The translations under genes and the position numbers were made by a program. A stretch of 64,000 bases of DNA, from positions 185,256,001 to 185,320,000 of the forward strand of contig OZ024743.1 in the NCBI GenBank assembly GCA_964016885.1, written 5' to 3'. Every line of letters begins with the position of its first letter. The stretch's first letter is position 1. Below, piece by piece: positions 47,540 to 60,535 of the stretch. Below the pieces are notes generated by a model, which was not told the DNA's origin, searched no databases, and was given only the letters and a program-made list of their open reading frames with translations. Source of the DNA: Eledone cirrhosa. Taxonomy: Eukaryota.

Positions 47540-49945
47540 ATGCCTGCAGCCGTAGAGCTAGAAGGCTTACCGCCTCCGGAATCGGTGACTGGCTCAGAGG
47601 AAAAATCAGAAGAAGAAAGAACCTACACACGTCCTGTAATAGGTATTATTTACCCTCCACCAGAAGTAAGAAACATTGTTGACAAAACCGCCAGCTTCGT
47701 GGCACGCAATGGTCCTGAATTCGAAAGTCGGATCAGACAAAACGAGGTAAATAATCCAAAGTTTAATTTTTTAAACCCTGCCGATCCTTACCATGCATAC
47801 TATCAGCATAAAGTCAAAGAATTTAAAGAGGGGAAAGGCCAAGAACCTATTGTTAGTAAGATTATTTCGGCGGCGATGGCCTTGAAACCCATGAGCGAAC
47901 CTATAAAAAATATAGAACCGATTGTTCCTAATGAACCACCCGCAGAGTTTGAATTCACCGCTGATCCACCTTCGATCTCCGCTTTTGATTTGGATGTAGT
48001 GAAGTTAACTGCTCAATTTGTGGCCCGTAACGGTCGCCAGTTCTTGACAAATCTAATGAACCGTGAACAGAGAAATTACCAGTTTGATTTTCTTAGACCT
48101 CAACACAGTCTTTTCAATTACTTTACTAAACTAGTGGAGCAGTATACCAAAATTCTAATTCCACCCAAAGATCTTACTAACAAGCTGAAAAAAGAGTCTC
48201 AAGCGAGTAAACACATTTTAGAACAAGTCAAGTATCGTGTTGAATGGGCTAAATACCAAGAACGTGAACGACGGAAAGAGGAAGATGCGTTGGAAAAAGA
48301 ACGTGTAGCTTATGCTCAGATCGACTGGCATGATTTCGTTGTCGTAGAAACAGTTGATTTCCAGGCGAGTGAAGTGGGAAATCTACCATCTCCAACAACT
48401 CCTGAAGAAGTCGGTGCTCGTGTAATCCAGCAGGAGCGTTATGAAAAGGGGGAAAATACCAACGATGTTGCAATGGAAGTGGAGTCTGATGAAGAAGACG
48501 GCGATGAGATAATTCTAGACAAAGGTGGTAAAACACAAAAAGATGTTCTTGATAAAAACAAGCATCCTTCTATTATACCTCCGTCGCTGCCAATGCCGCC
48601 ACAATTACGTCCTCCTCCACCTTCTGATAACAATCAAGTGCTGGACATGGATGAAGGTTCAGATGATGATGATATCGTTGAAGAAAGAGAAATAGAAAAG
48701 GTGATTCCTCCTCAACCTCCACCACCACCTCCCAGTGATATTCCCCAGCCTCCGCCTCCTTTACCACCAACACCTGACCAAGTTATTGTACGTAAAGACT
48801 ACAATCCTAAAGCCAGGACAATCAGTACAGAGCCTAACCCTGATTCTTTTATGGTGTCTCCTATCACTGGTGAAAAAATTCCTACTCATAAAGTACCTGA
48901 ACATATGCGAATTGGTTTGCTCGACCGCAAGTGGATTGAAGAACGCAACCGTTCAATTGCTGAAAAACGAGAACAAGAGGAGGTTTATGCTCCAGGATTG
49001 GCCATTGGTAGCAGTTTGAGACAATTGGCTGAACGTCGTACAGATATTTTCGGTATTGGTGCTGAGGAAACTCAGATTGGTAAAAAGATTGGGGAAGAAG
49101 AGAAAAAGGAAAAGAAAGTTGTTTGGGATGGTCATACAGCTTCGATGGAGAAAGTAACACAAAAGGCTCGTGAAAATATTACTATTGAAGAACAAATTGC
49201 TGTCATTCATAAAGTCAAAGGTTTAGTTCCTGATGAAGAGAAAGAGAAAATTGGTCCAGCTATGCCGAAACCATCTAAACCACTACATTCACCAATGCAG
49301 CACCAAATCCAGACCAAACAAATGCCACCCTCACATTTATCTAGTAATATTAATCAAAATATGATGAAAATACAGCCACCTCCACCACCACCAGTGCAAC
49401 CAGCACCTCCAATGCCACCAATGCCTCGACCTCCAATGCCTCAAAGTATGGTCATTTTGCCACCTCGACCTCCACCATCAGCTCTTGGGAGTGTCTTGGG
49501 CATTTCACAGCGTCCACCACAGCCACCTGTACCACAAATGCCTGTTTCAACATCAGACTTCAGTGTTCCACCACCACCACCAAAAGAAGATGATCAGCCA
49601 ACCCAATCAAAGCGACAGAAAACTGAAGAGTCTCTCATTCCAGAAGAAGACTACTTGCGTACACATAAGAATCCAATTTTGGTCAAGGTTTTGGTGCCGA
49701 ATGTTCCAGATAAGCCTGAATGGAACCTTAATGGCCAAGTGCTCAATTTTACTTTACCATTAACTGATTCAGTGTCTGTAATAAAAGCTAAACTCAATGA
49801 AGCACTCAGCATTCCTGCTGGTAAGCAAAAGTTGCAGTATGAAGGCATTTTTGTCAAAGACTCCAATACTTTAGCCTTTTACAATCTCCCTCATGGAGCA
49901 AGCATCAACTTGCAACTGAAAGAAAGAGGTGGCAGAAAGAAATAA
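47540..49945 (+). CDS. SF3A1: Splicing factor 3A subunit 1 (SF3a120/Prp21), uninterrupted ORF
   Basis: 801-aa ORF with two SURP/SWAP domains (IVDKTASFVARNGPEFE, VVKLTAQFVARNGRQF), the Prp21-like IDWHDFVVVETVDF and HMRIGLLD motifs, Pro-rich region and C-terminal ubiquitin-like domain ending KERGGRKK. Confidence 0.98.
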   Translation: MPAAVELEGLPPPESVTGSEEKSEEERTYTRPVIGIIYPPPEVRNIVDKTASFVARNGPEFESRIRQNEVNNPKFNFLNPADPYHAYYQHKVKEFKEGKGQEPIVSKIISAAMALKPMSEPIKNIEPIVPNEPPAEFEFTADPPSISAFDLDVVKLTAQFVARNGRQFLTNLMNREQRNYQFDFLRPQHSLFNYFTKLVEQYTKILIPPKDLTNKLKKESQASKHILEQVKYRVEWAKYQERERRKEEDALEKERVAYAQIDWHDFVVVETVDFQASEVGNLPSPTTPEEVGARVIQQERYEKGENTNDVAMEVESDEEDGDEIILDKGGKTQKDVLDKNKHPSIIPPSLPMPPQLRPPPPSDNNQVLDMDEGSDDDDIVEEREIEKVIPPQPPPPPPSDIPQPPPPLPPTPDQVIVRKDYNPKARTISTEPNPDSFMVSPITGEKIPTHKVPEHMRIGLLDRKWIEERNRSIAEKREQEEVYAPGLAIGSSLRQLAERRTDIFGIGAEETQIGKKIGEEEKKEKKVVWDGHTASMEKVTQKARENITIEEQIAVIHKVKGLVPDEEKEKIGPAMPKPSKPLHSPMQHQIQTKQMPPSHLSSNINQNMMKIQPPPPPPVQPAPPMPPMPRPPMPQSMVILPPRPPPSALGSVLGISQRPPQPPVPQMPVSTSDFSVPPPPPKEDDQPTQSKRQKTEESLIPEEDYLRTHKNPILVKVLVPNVPDKPEWNLNGQVLNFTLPLTDSVSVIKAKLNEALSIPAGKQKLQYEGIFVKDSNTLAFYNLPHGASINLQLKERGGRKK

Positions 49946-50293
49946 TAACTATCATTACACATTTCTATTTGTTATTTGTCTATTCATTCTTCACTACCAT
50001 AAAGCAAACTGGTGAATTTCATAAAAAAAGTTGTCTTTGTTTTTTTTTTTTATATTCAAGAAAAACTTTTCTCTTTTACACTGGTTTTTTAAAGACATTT
50101 CTAAAAGTTTTTTTTTTTTTTTTTAGATAAATATATTGGAAATCAATTGCGCCGTGGCTTTTGATTTTATGTGTGTGTGTATTTTTCTGATTTAGAATAG
50201 ATGCACCATATCCTTGAATGTTGCAAGAAGCGATTCAAACGGTTGGTGTCAGGAAGAACAGCCAGTCCTGTAAAAGTCAATCTATAAACAATG

Positions 50294-50322
<29 letters not shown>

Positions 50323-50328
<6 letters not shown>

Positions 50329-50630
50329 GGAAAAAATGAAACGAAATTTCATTTCTCACTCTTAGTACGGCTGTTACTTAAATATAAGTATGTATACATA
50401 CATACATATATGTATACAGACGTACAGTAGTATGTATATATACATACATGCACACATATATATCTATGTACGTATGGATTCACCGAACATTTATTATAAT
50501 GCTCAGTGTGTTTAGTGTTGAACGAATGAGCAACAATGGTTGCTAGACACTGTACGGCTTAATTCGGGATGTTTGTTTACAAACACACCGAGCATTATAA
50601 TAAATGTTCGGTGAATCCATACGTACATAT
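50323..50630. repeat. Penelope-type partial inverted/direct duplicates of the 52292-52690 unit
   Basis: 50323-50440 is inverted to 52292-52407; 50514-50626 is direct to 52578-52690; 50467-50513 folds back on 50581-50626. Confidence 0.8.
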
Positions 50631-50660
50631 ACATATATGTGCATGTATGTATATATATAT

Positions 50661-52214
50661 AGGTGTTGACGAATGGCTTGTGAGAGCTATACAAGCCATG
50701 TATAAAGAAACAGTGAGCAAGGTTAGAATTAACAACGAATATAGTGAAGAGTTTAGCGTAAAAGTTGGTGTCCATCAGGGCTCTGTTCTTAGCCCCCTAC
50801 TATTTATTATTGCTCTTCAGGCTATAACAGGAGTTCAAGACCAGCTGCCCATGGGAACTCTTATACGCAGATGACCTAACACTCATAGCTGAATCAATGG
50901 CCGAGCTAGAGAAGAAATTCCAAACATGGAAGCATGGCCTAGAATCAAAAGGCCTTAAAATTAACCTGGCTAAGACTAAAGTTCTAGTTTGTAGGAAAGA
51001 AAATAAGGCGCCGGTCCCTTCCGGGAAATGGCCATGCTCAGTGTGTAGGAAAGGCGTAGGTAGAAACTCCATTTTATGTCCCAAATGCAAAGTATGGGTG
51101 CATAAAAGATGTAGTGGGATCACAGGTAAGCTAAGAACACAGATTTTACATGTGGCCAGTGCTCTGGTGCAATAAGTAGCAGCAAGTGCCCACAAAATAC
51201 TAGCTCTTTCAACTGCGCAGAGGGTTCTATAGAAATAGTGGACAGCTTCCGTTACCTGGGTGACAAAATCAGCAGTGGGGGAGGGTGCTCGGAAAGTACA
51301 GTAGCTAGAGTCAGAACTGGATGGAAAAAGTTCAGAGAGCTTATACCACTATTAGCCGCTAAAGGGTTCTCCCTAAAAATAAAAGGCAGGTTGTATGATG
51401 CCTGCATACGAACAGCAATGTTGCATGGCAGTGAGACCTGGGCATTGTGTGCAGAGGATATACGCAGATTAGAGAGGAACGAAGTTTGCATGCTCCGCTG
51501 GATGTGTAATAGTAATATACGCGAACGGCAAAGCATAAACGAACTGAGGAAAAAATTAGAAATAAGAGGGATCAGATGTTGTTTACTCGAGAGAAGGCTA
51601 CGTTGGTATGGTCACGTGATGCGCATGAAAGACGACAGCTGTATAGCAAAGTGCAGGGCAATAAAGATAGACGGTAGCCACGGAGTAGGCAGACCCAGAA
51701 AAACCTGGGACGAGCTGATAAATTCTGACCTCACACACTTACACCTCTCCAAGACAATGTCACTGGACCGAGACCTTTGGCGGTACTCAGTAATAGAGAA
51801 GACCCGCCTTACCTAAATACAAAGTAAAACCTACTACAGTCAGTAGGCATCTCTAACAAAATACACCCCCCACCCCATCCACACCGCCCCCTTCAATGTA
51901 AAGTTATGTTGGTGCCGCGCCATCCAGGCCGAAACAAATGAGATCGTGTAAGCCGAAACAAATGAGATCGCGTAGGTGTCACGACAAAAAACACACAGTC
52001 CACGCTGTAATGTGGCCGTGTAGGCAACACGGTAAAAACCTCCCAGCCCCACACTGTAAATGTGGTTGGTGTTAGGAAGGGCATCCAACTGTAGAAAACC
52101 TGCCAGACAGTCCTATGCGAGCAAGGCAACCACTCTTGCCTCAAGTGGTAAAACTCCCGTCCAAACCCATGCAAGCGTGGAACATGGACGTTAAACGATG
52201 ATGATGATGATGAT
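50661..52214 (+). mobile_element. 5'-truncated young RTE-clade LINE
   Basis: GVHQGSVLSPLLFII, WELLYADDL, PHD-like insert, VDSFRYLG, RRLRWYGHVMRM, GRPRKTW, (GAT)n tail; two frameshifts. Confidence 0.93.
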
Positions 52215-52291
52215 ACATACTACTGTACGTCTGTATACATATATGTATGTACGTATACATACTACTGTACGTCTGTATACATATATATATA

Positions 52292-52690
52292 TATACATAC
52301 TACTGTACGTCTGTATACATATATGTATGTACGTATACATACTTATATTTAAGTAACAGCCGTACTAAGAGTGAGAAATGAAATTTCGTTTCATTTTTTC
52401 CGTTTATCGTTTTCGGTGCGCCCGGCCGATTAACTCACTCGATATGCAAATTAGGCTGCTCAGCCGTTAATATGCATAAGGAAAGTATATACTTTCAGAC
52501 GTTCAATCATCTGGCAGGAAGGTATACGTTGCTGACGATAGCTAATAAGCTTGAAACTAGTACAGCGTTCCTTTGTCAGTGTTGAACAAATGAACAACGA
52601 TGGTTGCTAGACACTGTACGGCTTAATTTGGGATGTTTGTTTACAAACACACCGAGCATTATAATAAATGTTCGGTGAATCCATACGTAC
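52292..52690 (+). mobile_element. Non-autonomous Penelope pLTR/retrozyme-like unit with hammerhead
   Basis: ~400-bp non-coding unit between (TA)-rich microsatellites containing a hammerhead core. Confidence 0.6.
52526..52568 (+). ncRNA. Minimal type I hammerhead ribozyme
   Basis: ACGTTG-CTGACGA-TAGCT-AATA-AGCTT-GAAA-CTAG-TA^CAGCGT; palindromic stem III ACTAGT; U-U at the base of stem II. Confidence 0.7.
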
Positions 52691-53399
52691 GTATACATAT
52701 ATATATATATATATTATATTGCAATCATGGAAGTCCCAGGTTCAAACACACTTTATAGCATCTTGGGCGACAAGCCTTATTAGTGAAATCACACAGGGTG
52801 TCAACAAACCTGAATGAAGATACTGAAAGAAATTAGCATAAATTACAACAGCTATTTCATAGTTTTTAACAACTTTTGACTAAATTTGTATGTTACCATA
52901 TAATTTGTTTATAATACCAACTTTTATTCCAGATTTTGTGCTCCATGATTGCCTTCTTTGCATGCACAAGCATGTTCTTGGTTAGCTTATATTTGTAATA
53001 TGTTTTCTAGTTTTATTGTAATGAAAGCAGACAACATAACATCTATCATCAACTGATCTATTTAGCTTAATTAAATTGAAGGCTTGGTAACATTAAAGTG
53101 TGGGATTACAAGTAAAGCCTTTACAGTGAAAAAGATTGTAAACAATTCCATAAGACATCATTACGAGGATCATTGGTGAAAGTTGGTAGAACAGCCTGAT
53201 AAAATAGCAAATATATTTTAACATAGGGTTTGAAAGAGCTGTTTTCAATTAAATAAACCTGGGACACTGATCATTGCAAAAAATAAATAAAAGTCTGTTC
53301 ATGAAAAAATAGATTGCATTTCAAGACATAATGCCCTTGTTGCCACTTTTCTCAAAATCTCTATATTCTGTAAATTCAGAGAAATCCTTCTTGATGCCA

Positions 53400-55300
53400 A
53401 TGACAGTAAGGAGGAGTTAGGGACATGTAATAGAGAAAAATTGGAAATTTCTATGGGACAATTTACTGGAATCCATGAGCCAGGTCTGTAGCTGGAGCAA
53501 GATCCCACTAAGATGAGGGTGACAGTGGTGGAATGACAAGGTAGAAGGAACCATTAAAAAAAAAAGCCTGGAGGAATGGAGGAGACAGAAAACATTAACA
53601 GGTTGCTAAAAAAGAAGTTGGGTGCCAAGTATATCTAGTGAGAGAAGAGGTAGAAAAGAAGAAATTTGCATAAGTGGCGTGAAGAGTTCTGGATTGTGAA
53701 ACAGTGTGCTAGAGAAAATTGTGATGTAGTCGGGGAATAGTGTGTCTAAAATGATAGTGGAACACATGCCTGCTCTGACACCGAAAATAATGGGGCATGA
53801 AAGATTTATTGAGAGGCTGTTGAACGAGGAAGATAAATGGGACACTACATGCAGACCCTACTGAGGGACCAGCTATGAAAGTTGACAGTAGTATGATAGA
53901 TAAACCAATTAAGGACACAACGGAATTGAAAGCAGCTGGACAGTCTGGTATAGTCGCAAGATGCTAAAAGCATTTGGCAGAGTAGGATACGAGCTAGTTA
54001 GACACATAGTTAATCAAGTAGTACAGGATGGTGTCATACTCAATGACTGGTGCACCTGTAAATTGTTACAAGGGCAAAGGTGATGTGTTAGAGAGAACTA
54101 ACTACAGAGATATCGAGTTGATGGACCAGGTTATGAAAGTTGTTGAAAGAGTTATAGCACAACTAATTAGGGACAGAATCAAATTAGATGAGATGCAGAT
54201 TGGATTTATGCCAGGTAGGGATACAACTGATGCCCTCTTCCTGTTGAGACAACTACAGGAGAGGTACTTAGTTAAGAGTAAACCACTATTTCTAGCATTT
54301 GTAGATCTAGAGAAAGCTTTTGACTGTTCCACACACTATAATCTGCTGGGCACTTAGGAAACTGTATTGACAAATGGGTTGTGCAGGCCATGTATAGATG
54401 AACAATCAGCAGAGAGAGTTGGCAATGAGTACAATGATGAACTTGAAGTACAAGTGGAGTTCCACCAGGACTCAGTCCTCAATTCACTCCTGTCTATCAT
54501 TGTCCTTCAGGCCATCACTGAGGAGTTTAAAATTGACACTCCATGGCAGCTCCTATATGGTCCTCATAGTAGTAGAATTAGAGGCAAAGTTTGAAGCATG
54601 GAAGAAGAACCTAGAGTTGAAAAGTTTAAAAGTAGACTTAGCAAAGATGAAAGTCCTAATAAGTAGGAAAGAAGATAGGAAGGTGAAACCATCAGGAAAG
54701 TGGTCTTGTTTGATATGTCAGAAAGGAGTAGGTAGTAGTTCCTTAAGGTACACGAGATGTAGTGGGATTGCAGGCAGGCTAACAGAAAAGAAAGACTTTA
54801 TATGCAGCAGATGCACAGGAGAAGTGAGCACAAAGAACATGTGAAATGGATTCCTTCAGTTGACAGCTTTTGTTACCTAGGTGATCAAATTAGCAGAGGA
54901 GGAGGATGCACCAAAAGTGTGATAGCTTGGACAGGCTGGAAGAAGTTTAGAGAGCTGTTAGCGCTGCTGACAACAAAGGGCTTTTCTCCCAGAGTAAAGG
55001 GTATACTGTATCATAGGCAGTAAAACATAGAAACGAGTTGAGTATGCTCTGATGGACGTGTAATGTTGGTGTACATGAGCGGCATTGCATAAGCAAACTG
55101 AGGGAAAAACTTGGCATAGTGTGCAAGAGAGACGACTGTGTTGGTACGGAAATGTGATGCATATGGAAGATAGCAGCTGCATAAAGAAATGCAGAGAAAC
55201 CCCAGTGGAAGAGGCAGACCTAGGAAGACGAGATGAGATTGCAAAGACTGATGGATAAGAAACTAAAACTCACAAGAGAAATGACAAATGACTGCAAGGG
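53400..55300 (+). mobile_element. Older RTE LINE, decayed RT region
   Basis: YKGKGDVLERTNYRDI, QIGFMPGRDTTDALF, FVDLEKAFD, FHQDSVLNSLL, KWSCLICQKGVG. Confidence 0.88.
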
Positions 55301-58300
55301 CTGGTGCTGGTGAAGATCTGGCCTACAGATTTAGCCTCTCCTGCCCTCTAGCACTCCTACTATTATCATCACTATACCACCCCCACCTCACACATTCCCA
55401 TGCCCTTCCCCAGTACTCTTTGTTGCTGCTCCCTCACGATTGCACTCTAGTAGCCACTCTCCTCTCTTTTATGCTTTCCAATTTCACTCCTTAGAAGCTA
55501 TCCTCACCATCACTACACACCCCAACTCACACTCATGATCCCTCCTGTATTCATCCCTTAGCTACTGGTTACCCTCACTATCGCATTCTAGTAACTACTC
55601 TCTGCCCCCTCCACTATCACTCTTTAGCTATTCTCTCCATCGCTACACCTGTTTCTGGTGATGCTACCCCCCACCTCTTCTCCATAATAAAAAGGGGCCC
55701 AGAGGACCCTTCAGTCATGCCATGGTATGGCATTTTCTATAGTGTTGGTGATTTATATGATAAACACACCCAGTACATGTTGTAAAGTGGTTGGTGATAG
55801 GTAGGGCATCCAGCTGTAGAAGGCTTACCAAACAAAAGGTTGGGAGAATCCTTCAGTTGTGTCAAAGACATGACAACCTTTCCTGTGTACTTGGTAGAAC
55901 ACGAGACCATACGTAAGGGAGATAAATGACTTGTAGCCTTTCTGGGAAGTCAGTAGCCTTGCTCCAGTATTGACTTGGTCTATGTAGATTCATCCAACTC
56001 TTGCTAGTAGGGGAAGTGGACATTAAAACAACAAGGTGATGATGATGATGATGATGAAAATCCTTTCATTTTGTACACTTATCAAAACAGTAAAATACAT
56101 CAATACAAAAATCTGGGTTGAAACTACATGAATCTCTAAATTTAGCTGAAGCAAAGGAAGCAATATTATGTACAAGATGATAGGAGTATCACATGAGAGG
56201 CACTGCTTATATTGTGAACTTTAGATATAGCTGAGTTATGACTTTCCATGTTTATGTTGCAATTGCCCTCCCTATAGCCAAGATTCGCGGAATACTTTTG
56301 CCGTCTTATCCGAAGGGCGCACCACTTCTGCCCTAAGCCCAAAGCCTAATCCCCCTCCCCTCTCTTCTGCAACACTAGAGCTCTTGCCATCCCCTTTCTT
56401 TCTTTCTTTTTTCTCTATATTTCCCTATTCTTTCTTTCCTTTTGTTTCCCCCTTTTTTTTTATTATTGCCGTCATTATTATTATCATTATTGTTACTGTA
56501 AATAATATCATGTTTATACAGTTTTTCTCAATAAAGGCCCAACTTTAACATGACATCAACATTGACGAAAGGATATCCATTCTGAGAAATAACAAAAATT
56601 TGTTAAAACATTAAAAAAAAAAGTATAGAATAAAATATATAATTCCAATTAAAAATGTCAATCAGCAAGAGAAAGTTATATCGCTTAACCCATGGTATTT
56701 CAGTTACTCATGGTATTTTGAATCTTCAATTATTTCTGCTTTGCCACAATAGGGACCAGTTGTTGTACACCTGTCAAAGAACTTAGTTACAATCTTGTGT
56801 AGTCTATTCATATAAACATTTCAAACAGTTAGTGGGTTCATATTGTTTTTACATACAAAACCAAAATGGAAATTACAAAATGGTTTAAATTCCTCAGCCA
56901 TAGCATGAAGGATGATGATAAACAGAATTGGACTAAAGACTAAGCACTGGTGGACCTCCAGTTATCTCCCTTCACCCTAAACACAAGAAGCTGAGAGGTG
57001 GTTCAACACTCAGGTTCTCCTCTCACCAAATTCTAGTATACTCCTGAATTCCTTGCTAGCAGACCTCTGATTCCCTTTCTCTAACCTTAACCAAAAGAAA
57101 CAGAGAAATGGAACAACTCTCAGGTCATCTCCTGCTAGTATATTTCTGATTTCCTTGCCCAACCCATGCTAGCATGGAAAACTAGGACAAGCCTTGACTG
57201 ATTCCTCTTCCCTGCTGAACTCTTGTCCTCCCCCAACAGTTTCCCTGTTCAACCCAGGCTGTCACAGAATGCCAGTCACACAGTACAATGACAGACACCA
57301 CCTACTGGCTCCAAGCCAGGCATATCCCACATTGTCAGACACAATCCACTTACTTCAAGGCCATTTCCATGACCTCCCTCTGCAGAGCAATGTCAAACTC
57401 CATCAATGCCTCCCCAGCATGACCAAAGACACCGAGCACCCTAGTGTTCTAATGAGGAAGAGCTGGTGCCACGACAAAAGCACTCAGTCAACCCTGTAAG
57501 GCTGTAGTGCTGGTGCCATGACAGCCTGTAATGTAGTGTTGGAGTCACAATAAAATGTTTCCAGTATGGGTTAGATAAATTGTCTGTTAAGACAGGCCAG
57601 ATCAGGTGACCATGTTTTACTCATATAGAACTGTTTCTGGCTTGTTTTCTATGGTTGGATGCCGTTCCTAATGCTAACCACATTTACAGCGCAGCAGGGT
57701 GCTTTTTATCATGGTACCAAAATGACCAACTGACAGGTTAGACTGGGTGCTTTTTCATTATGTCACCAGCACAACCACCTTATAGGGTGGACCAAGTGCT
57801 TTTTTTTGTTTCCAACACAACTACTTTACAGGGTGGGTTGTGCTTTTTCCGTGTCATCAACATGACCACTTTACTGGGTGGGCTGGGTGCATGTGTCTAT
57901 GAAATGCTCAGTTACTTGCACATTACCTGCATTGGAAGTGACAGAGGTCCAAAATTATATATCATCATTATTGTTTAGTGTTAATTTTCCCTGCTAGCAG
58001 GGTTTGGACATGTCATCACAGACCAGTCAGTACTCAAATAGAACCACTGACCTCTAGGCAGGCCAGAAGTGAGTGATCTCACACTCTATTGAGTACATTT
58101 TATTGTGGCCCCACCAATAGTGAAGTAGTCATGTCTTCAACACAAGTGAAGAGTCCACCAAATCCTGGAACCAGGAACACAATACAATCCAATCCAGGAC
58201 CTTCTTACTTCTATTGGAGAAACCCCTCCCTGGTTGACCTTCACCACACTTGGCCAATTGCAGGTTGGTGAAGCTATTTAACCCATAGTTGGCGTAGATG

Positions 58301-59009
58301 ACTGTTGACTGAGCAGTTCATCTGCCCTTTTAACAGTTCTTTGTTTTTTGTGCTGCTGGGGTTCCACTTCCCCTCCTCACCAGACAAGGGATGCCATAGT
58401 AATGTACAGCTTGTTTTAGGGTAGGTGCTGCGAAAATTGACTGTATTAGAGTAAATGCAGTCAGTTTTTAATGCAAAACTGGATGTAAAATGATGATGAT
58501 GATGCAATCATAGTGTTGTTTTGCATGTTTTAAGATTGCCATGCTTGGTTCCTAACTCTACAGGGCTTTAAAAGTTAATCTGCATTACTTATTGTCAGCT
58601 AAGTGAACAAGGCCATTTAAGGATTAACCCTTTTGATGCCAACCTGCCCCAATTCTAGGATGACAAAGCTCTTGTTTTATAGCATTCCTATCTAAATAAA
58701 AAAATGTTATGGAAGAATATTTTTGTTAAGTTATATACTAATTCCAGCTTATTAAATATATTTTTTTGACTACACCTCTTCAAAATGTTGATTATTTACA
58801 AAATTAATTGAAAAACATAGGTGGTGTATTTCACAAGAAATATGGTAATGAAAGGGAAGTATGTGTCTTTGTTACAAACACAACCTCTTGCCATGACATG
58901 ATGTGATATGATGACCTCATAGTAGGCTGTATTATTGATTTAGTCATCTGCACACTCACCAAATATTAAGCTCATTATTCATACATGTATGCTCAGACAT
59001 ACATACACA

Positions 59010-59620
59010 TCATGAATTTATGTCTACTTTTCTATGCTTGCATGGATTGGACAGGTTTTTCTGGCACACCATCCCTCCATTTGTTGTGTTCTTTTCTTTT
59101 CTTCTCTATGAGCTCTGTAATTTGAGATCAGCTCTCACCACCTTTGTCCAAGTCTTCTACTGTAGCTGCCTTCCACAGGAAGTTTCCTGGTACTACTTAA
59201 CTCAACTATCATCATCCATAGACATCACATGGCCATACCAGCAAAGTCATCTCTTCTGCACACTGCTTCTGAATTCTCTTATATCCAGCTTCTCTCTCAG
59301 TTCAACTATGCTTTGCATTTCCCACACATTAACATTGAATTTCTCTCTCAGCTCATCTATACTTCAAAACACATTATTGCACATTCATCAGAGCATGCTT
59401 GTTTCATTTCTCTGCATTTATAGCCCACCTCTCATTACAATTGCAGCATTGCACATTACATGCAGGCATCATAGGGTCAGCCTTTCATTCGTAGAGAGAA
59501 ATCTTTTGTTGTCATTGGAGCTAGTAGTTCCGCCTGAACTTTTTCCATCCTATCCTTACTCTAGTTACTAAGCTCTCAGAGCAACCCCACCACTGTTACT
59601 TAGGTTACCTAGGCAGCAGA
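59010..59620 (-). mobile_element. Decayed RTE LINE 3' fragment
   Basis: Reverse strand resembles FCCLG..GGG..GWKKFR and RRLCWYGHVM segments. Confidence 0.7.
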
Positions 59621-59736
59621 AAAAAAAGGAGCCAAAAGTATGTATTTGGATAACAGAGTTGATGGAAATGTATTGAATGTTATAAACAATAAACTAATAG
59701 TTTATTAGCATTTCCTTCGTAGACAAAGAAGTTTAA

Positions 59737-59925
59737 CCCTTTAGCATTTACATTACTCTATATTTACTATTATATTTTCACGTAATATTGAATCTATCAG
59801 ATTTTGATATTATTTATTTTGAGAACAATACTTTAACATCAGTATATGTGGCTGGTTACAGCCGATTTGAATAGAAAGAGGTGAGAGAATTCTGGACGGA
59901 TACAGCCTGTTCAAATGCTAAAGGG
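59737..59925. mobile_element. piggyBac-type MITE
   Basis: TTAA-CCCTTTAGCATTT ... AAATGCTAAAGGG-TTCA. Confidence 0.78.
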
Positions 59926-60227
59926 TTCAGTAAAAACTTCACTGTAATTGTTAGCAATTCAGAATAAAATTTGAATTAAGAGAAAAGGTTAATTTGACCT
60001 TTGTATATATTTATATATATATATACACACATATACACGTTTAAATATATGACTGAAAGAATACGATTGCAAATATAAGTGGATGAAATGAGGTTCCTCT
60101 GAAAGTTCTTTGGAATAAGGTTACATAGTTTGGAGATCAGGGAGCTGCTCCAAGTAGACCTGGTATTTTTCCAAATCAAGAGATCACTGCTCTAATACTA
60201 TGGACATGTGGTTAGAATGTTTAAAGA

Positions 60228-60535
60228 AATAATTGTTTCTACGTTAGGCACAAGGCCAGCAATTACCCAGTGCATTACTGGTACTTTATTTTATCGACCC
60301 TGTAAGGATGAAAGGCAAAGTTATAATTGTTTCTACTTTTGGCACAAGGCCAGCAATTACCCAGTATATTACTGGTACTTTATTTTATCCACCGCGTAAG
60401 GATGAAAGGCAAAGTTAACCTCGGCGGGATTTGAACTCAGACCGCAAAGGGACGTAACTATGTTGGAAAGCATGGCGTCCGACTCTCTACCGATACTGCC
60501 AATCCACCGCCCTAAGGATGAAAGGCAAAGTTATA
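60228..60535 (-). mobile_element. SINE family A with duplicated 3' half
   Basis: Full copy ~60323-60512 plus tandem partial copy 60228-60322; TAAGGATGAAAGGCAAAGTTA occurs three times. Confidence 0.8.

Noticed and set aside
48249-49866. Short ORFs overlapping SF3A1
   Set aside because: Shadow frames of the real CDS
57194-57499. 101-aa ORF in GC-richer sequence
   Set aside because: No motif recognised; surrounded by repeat fragments
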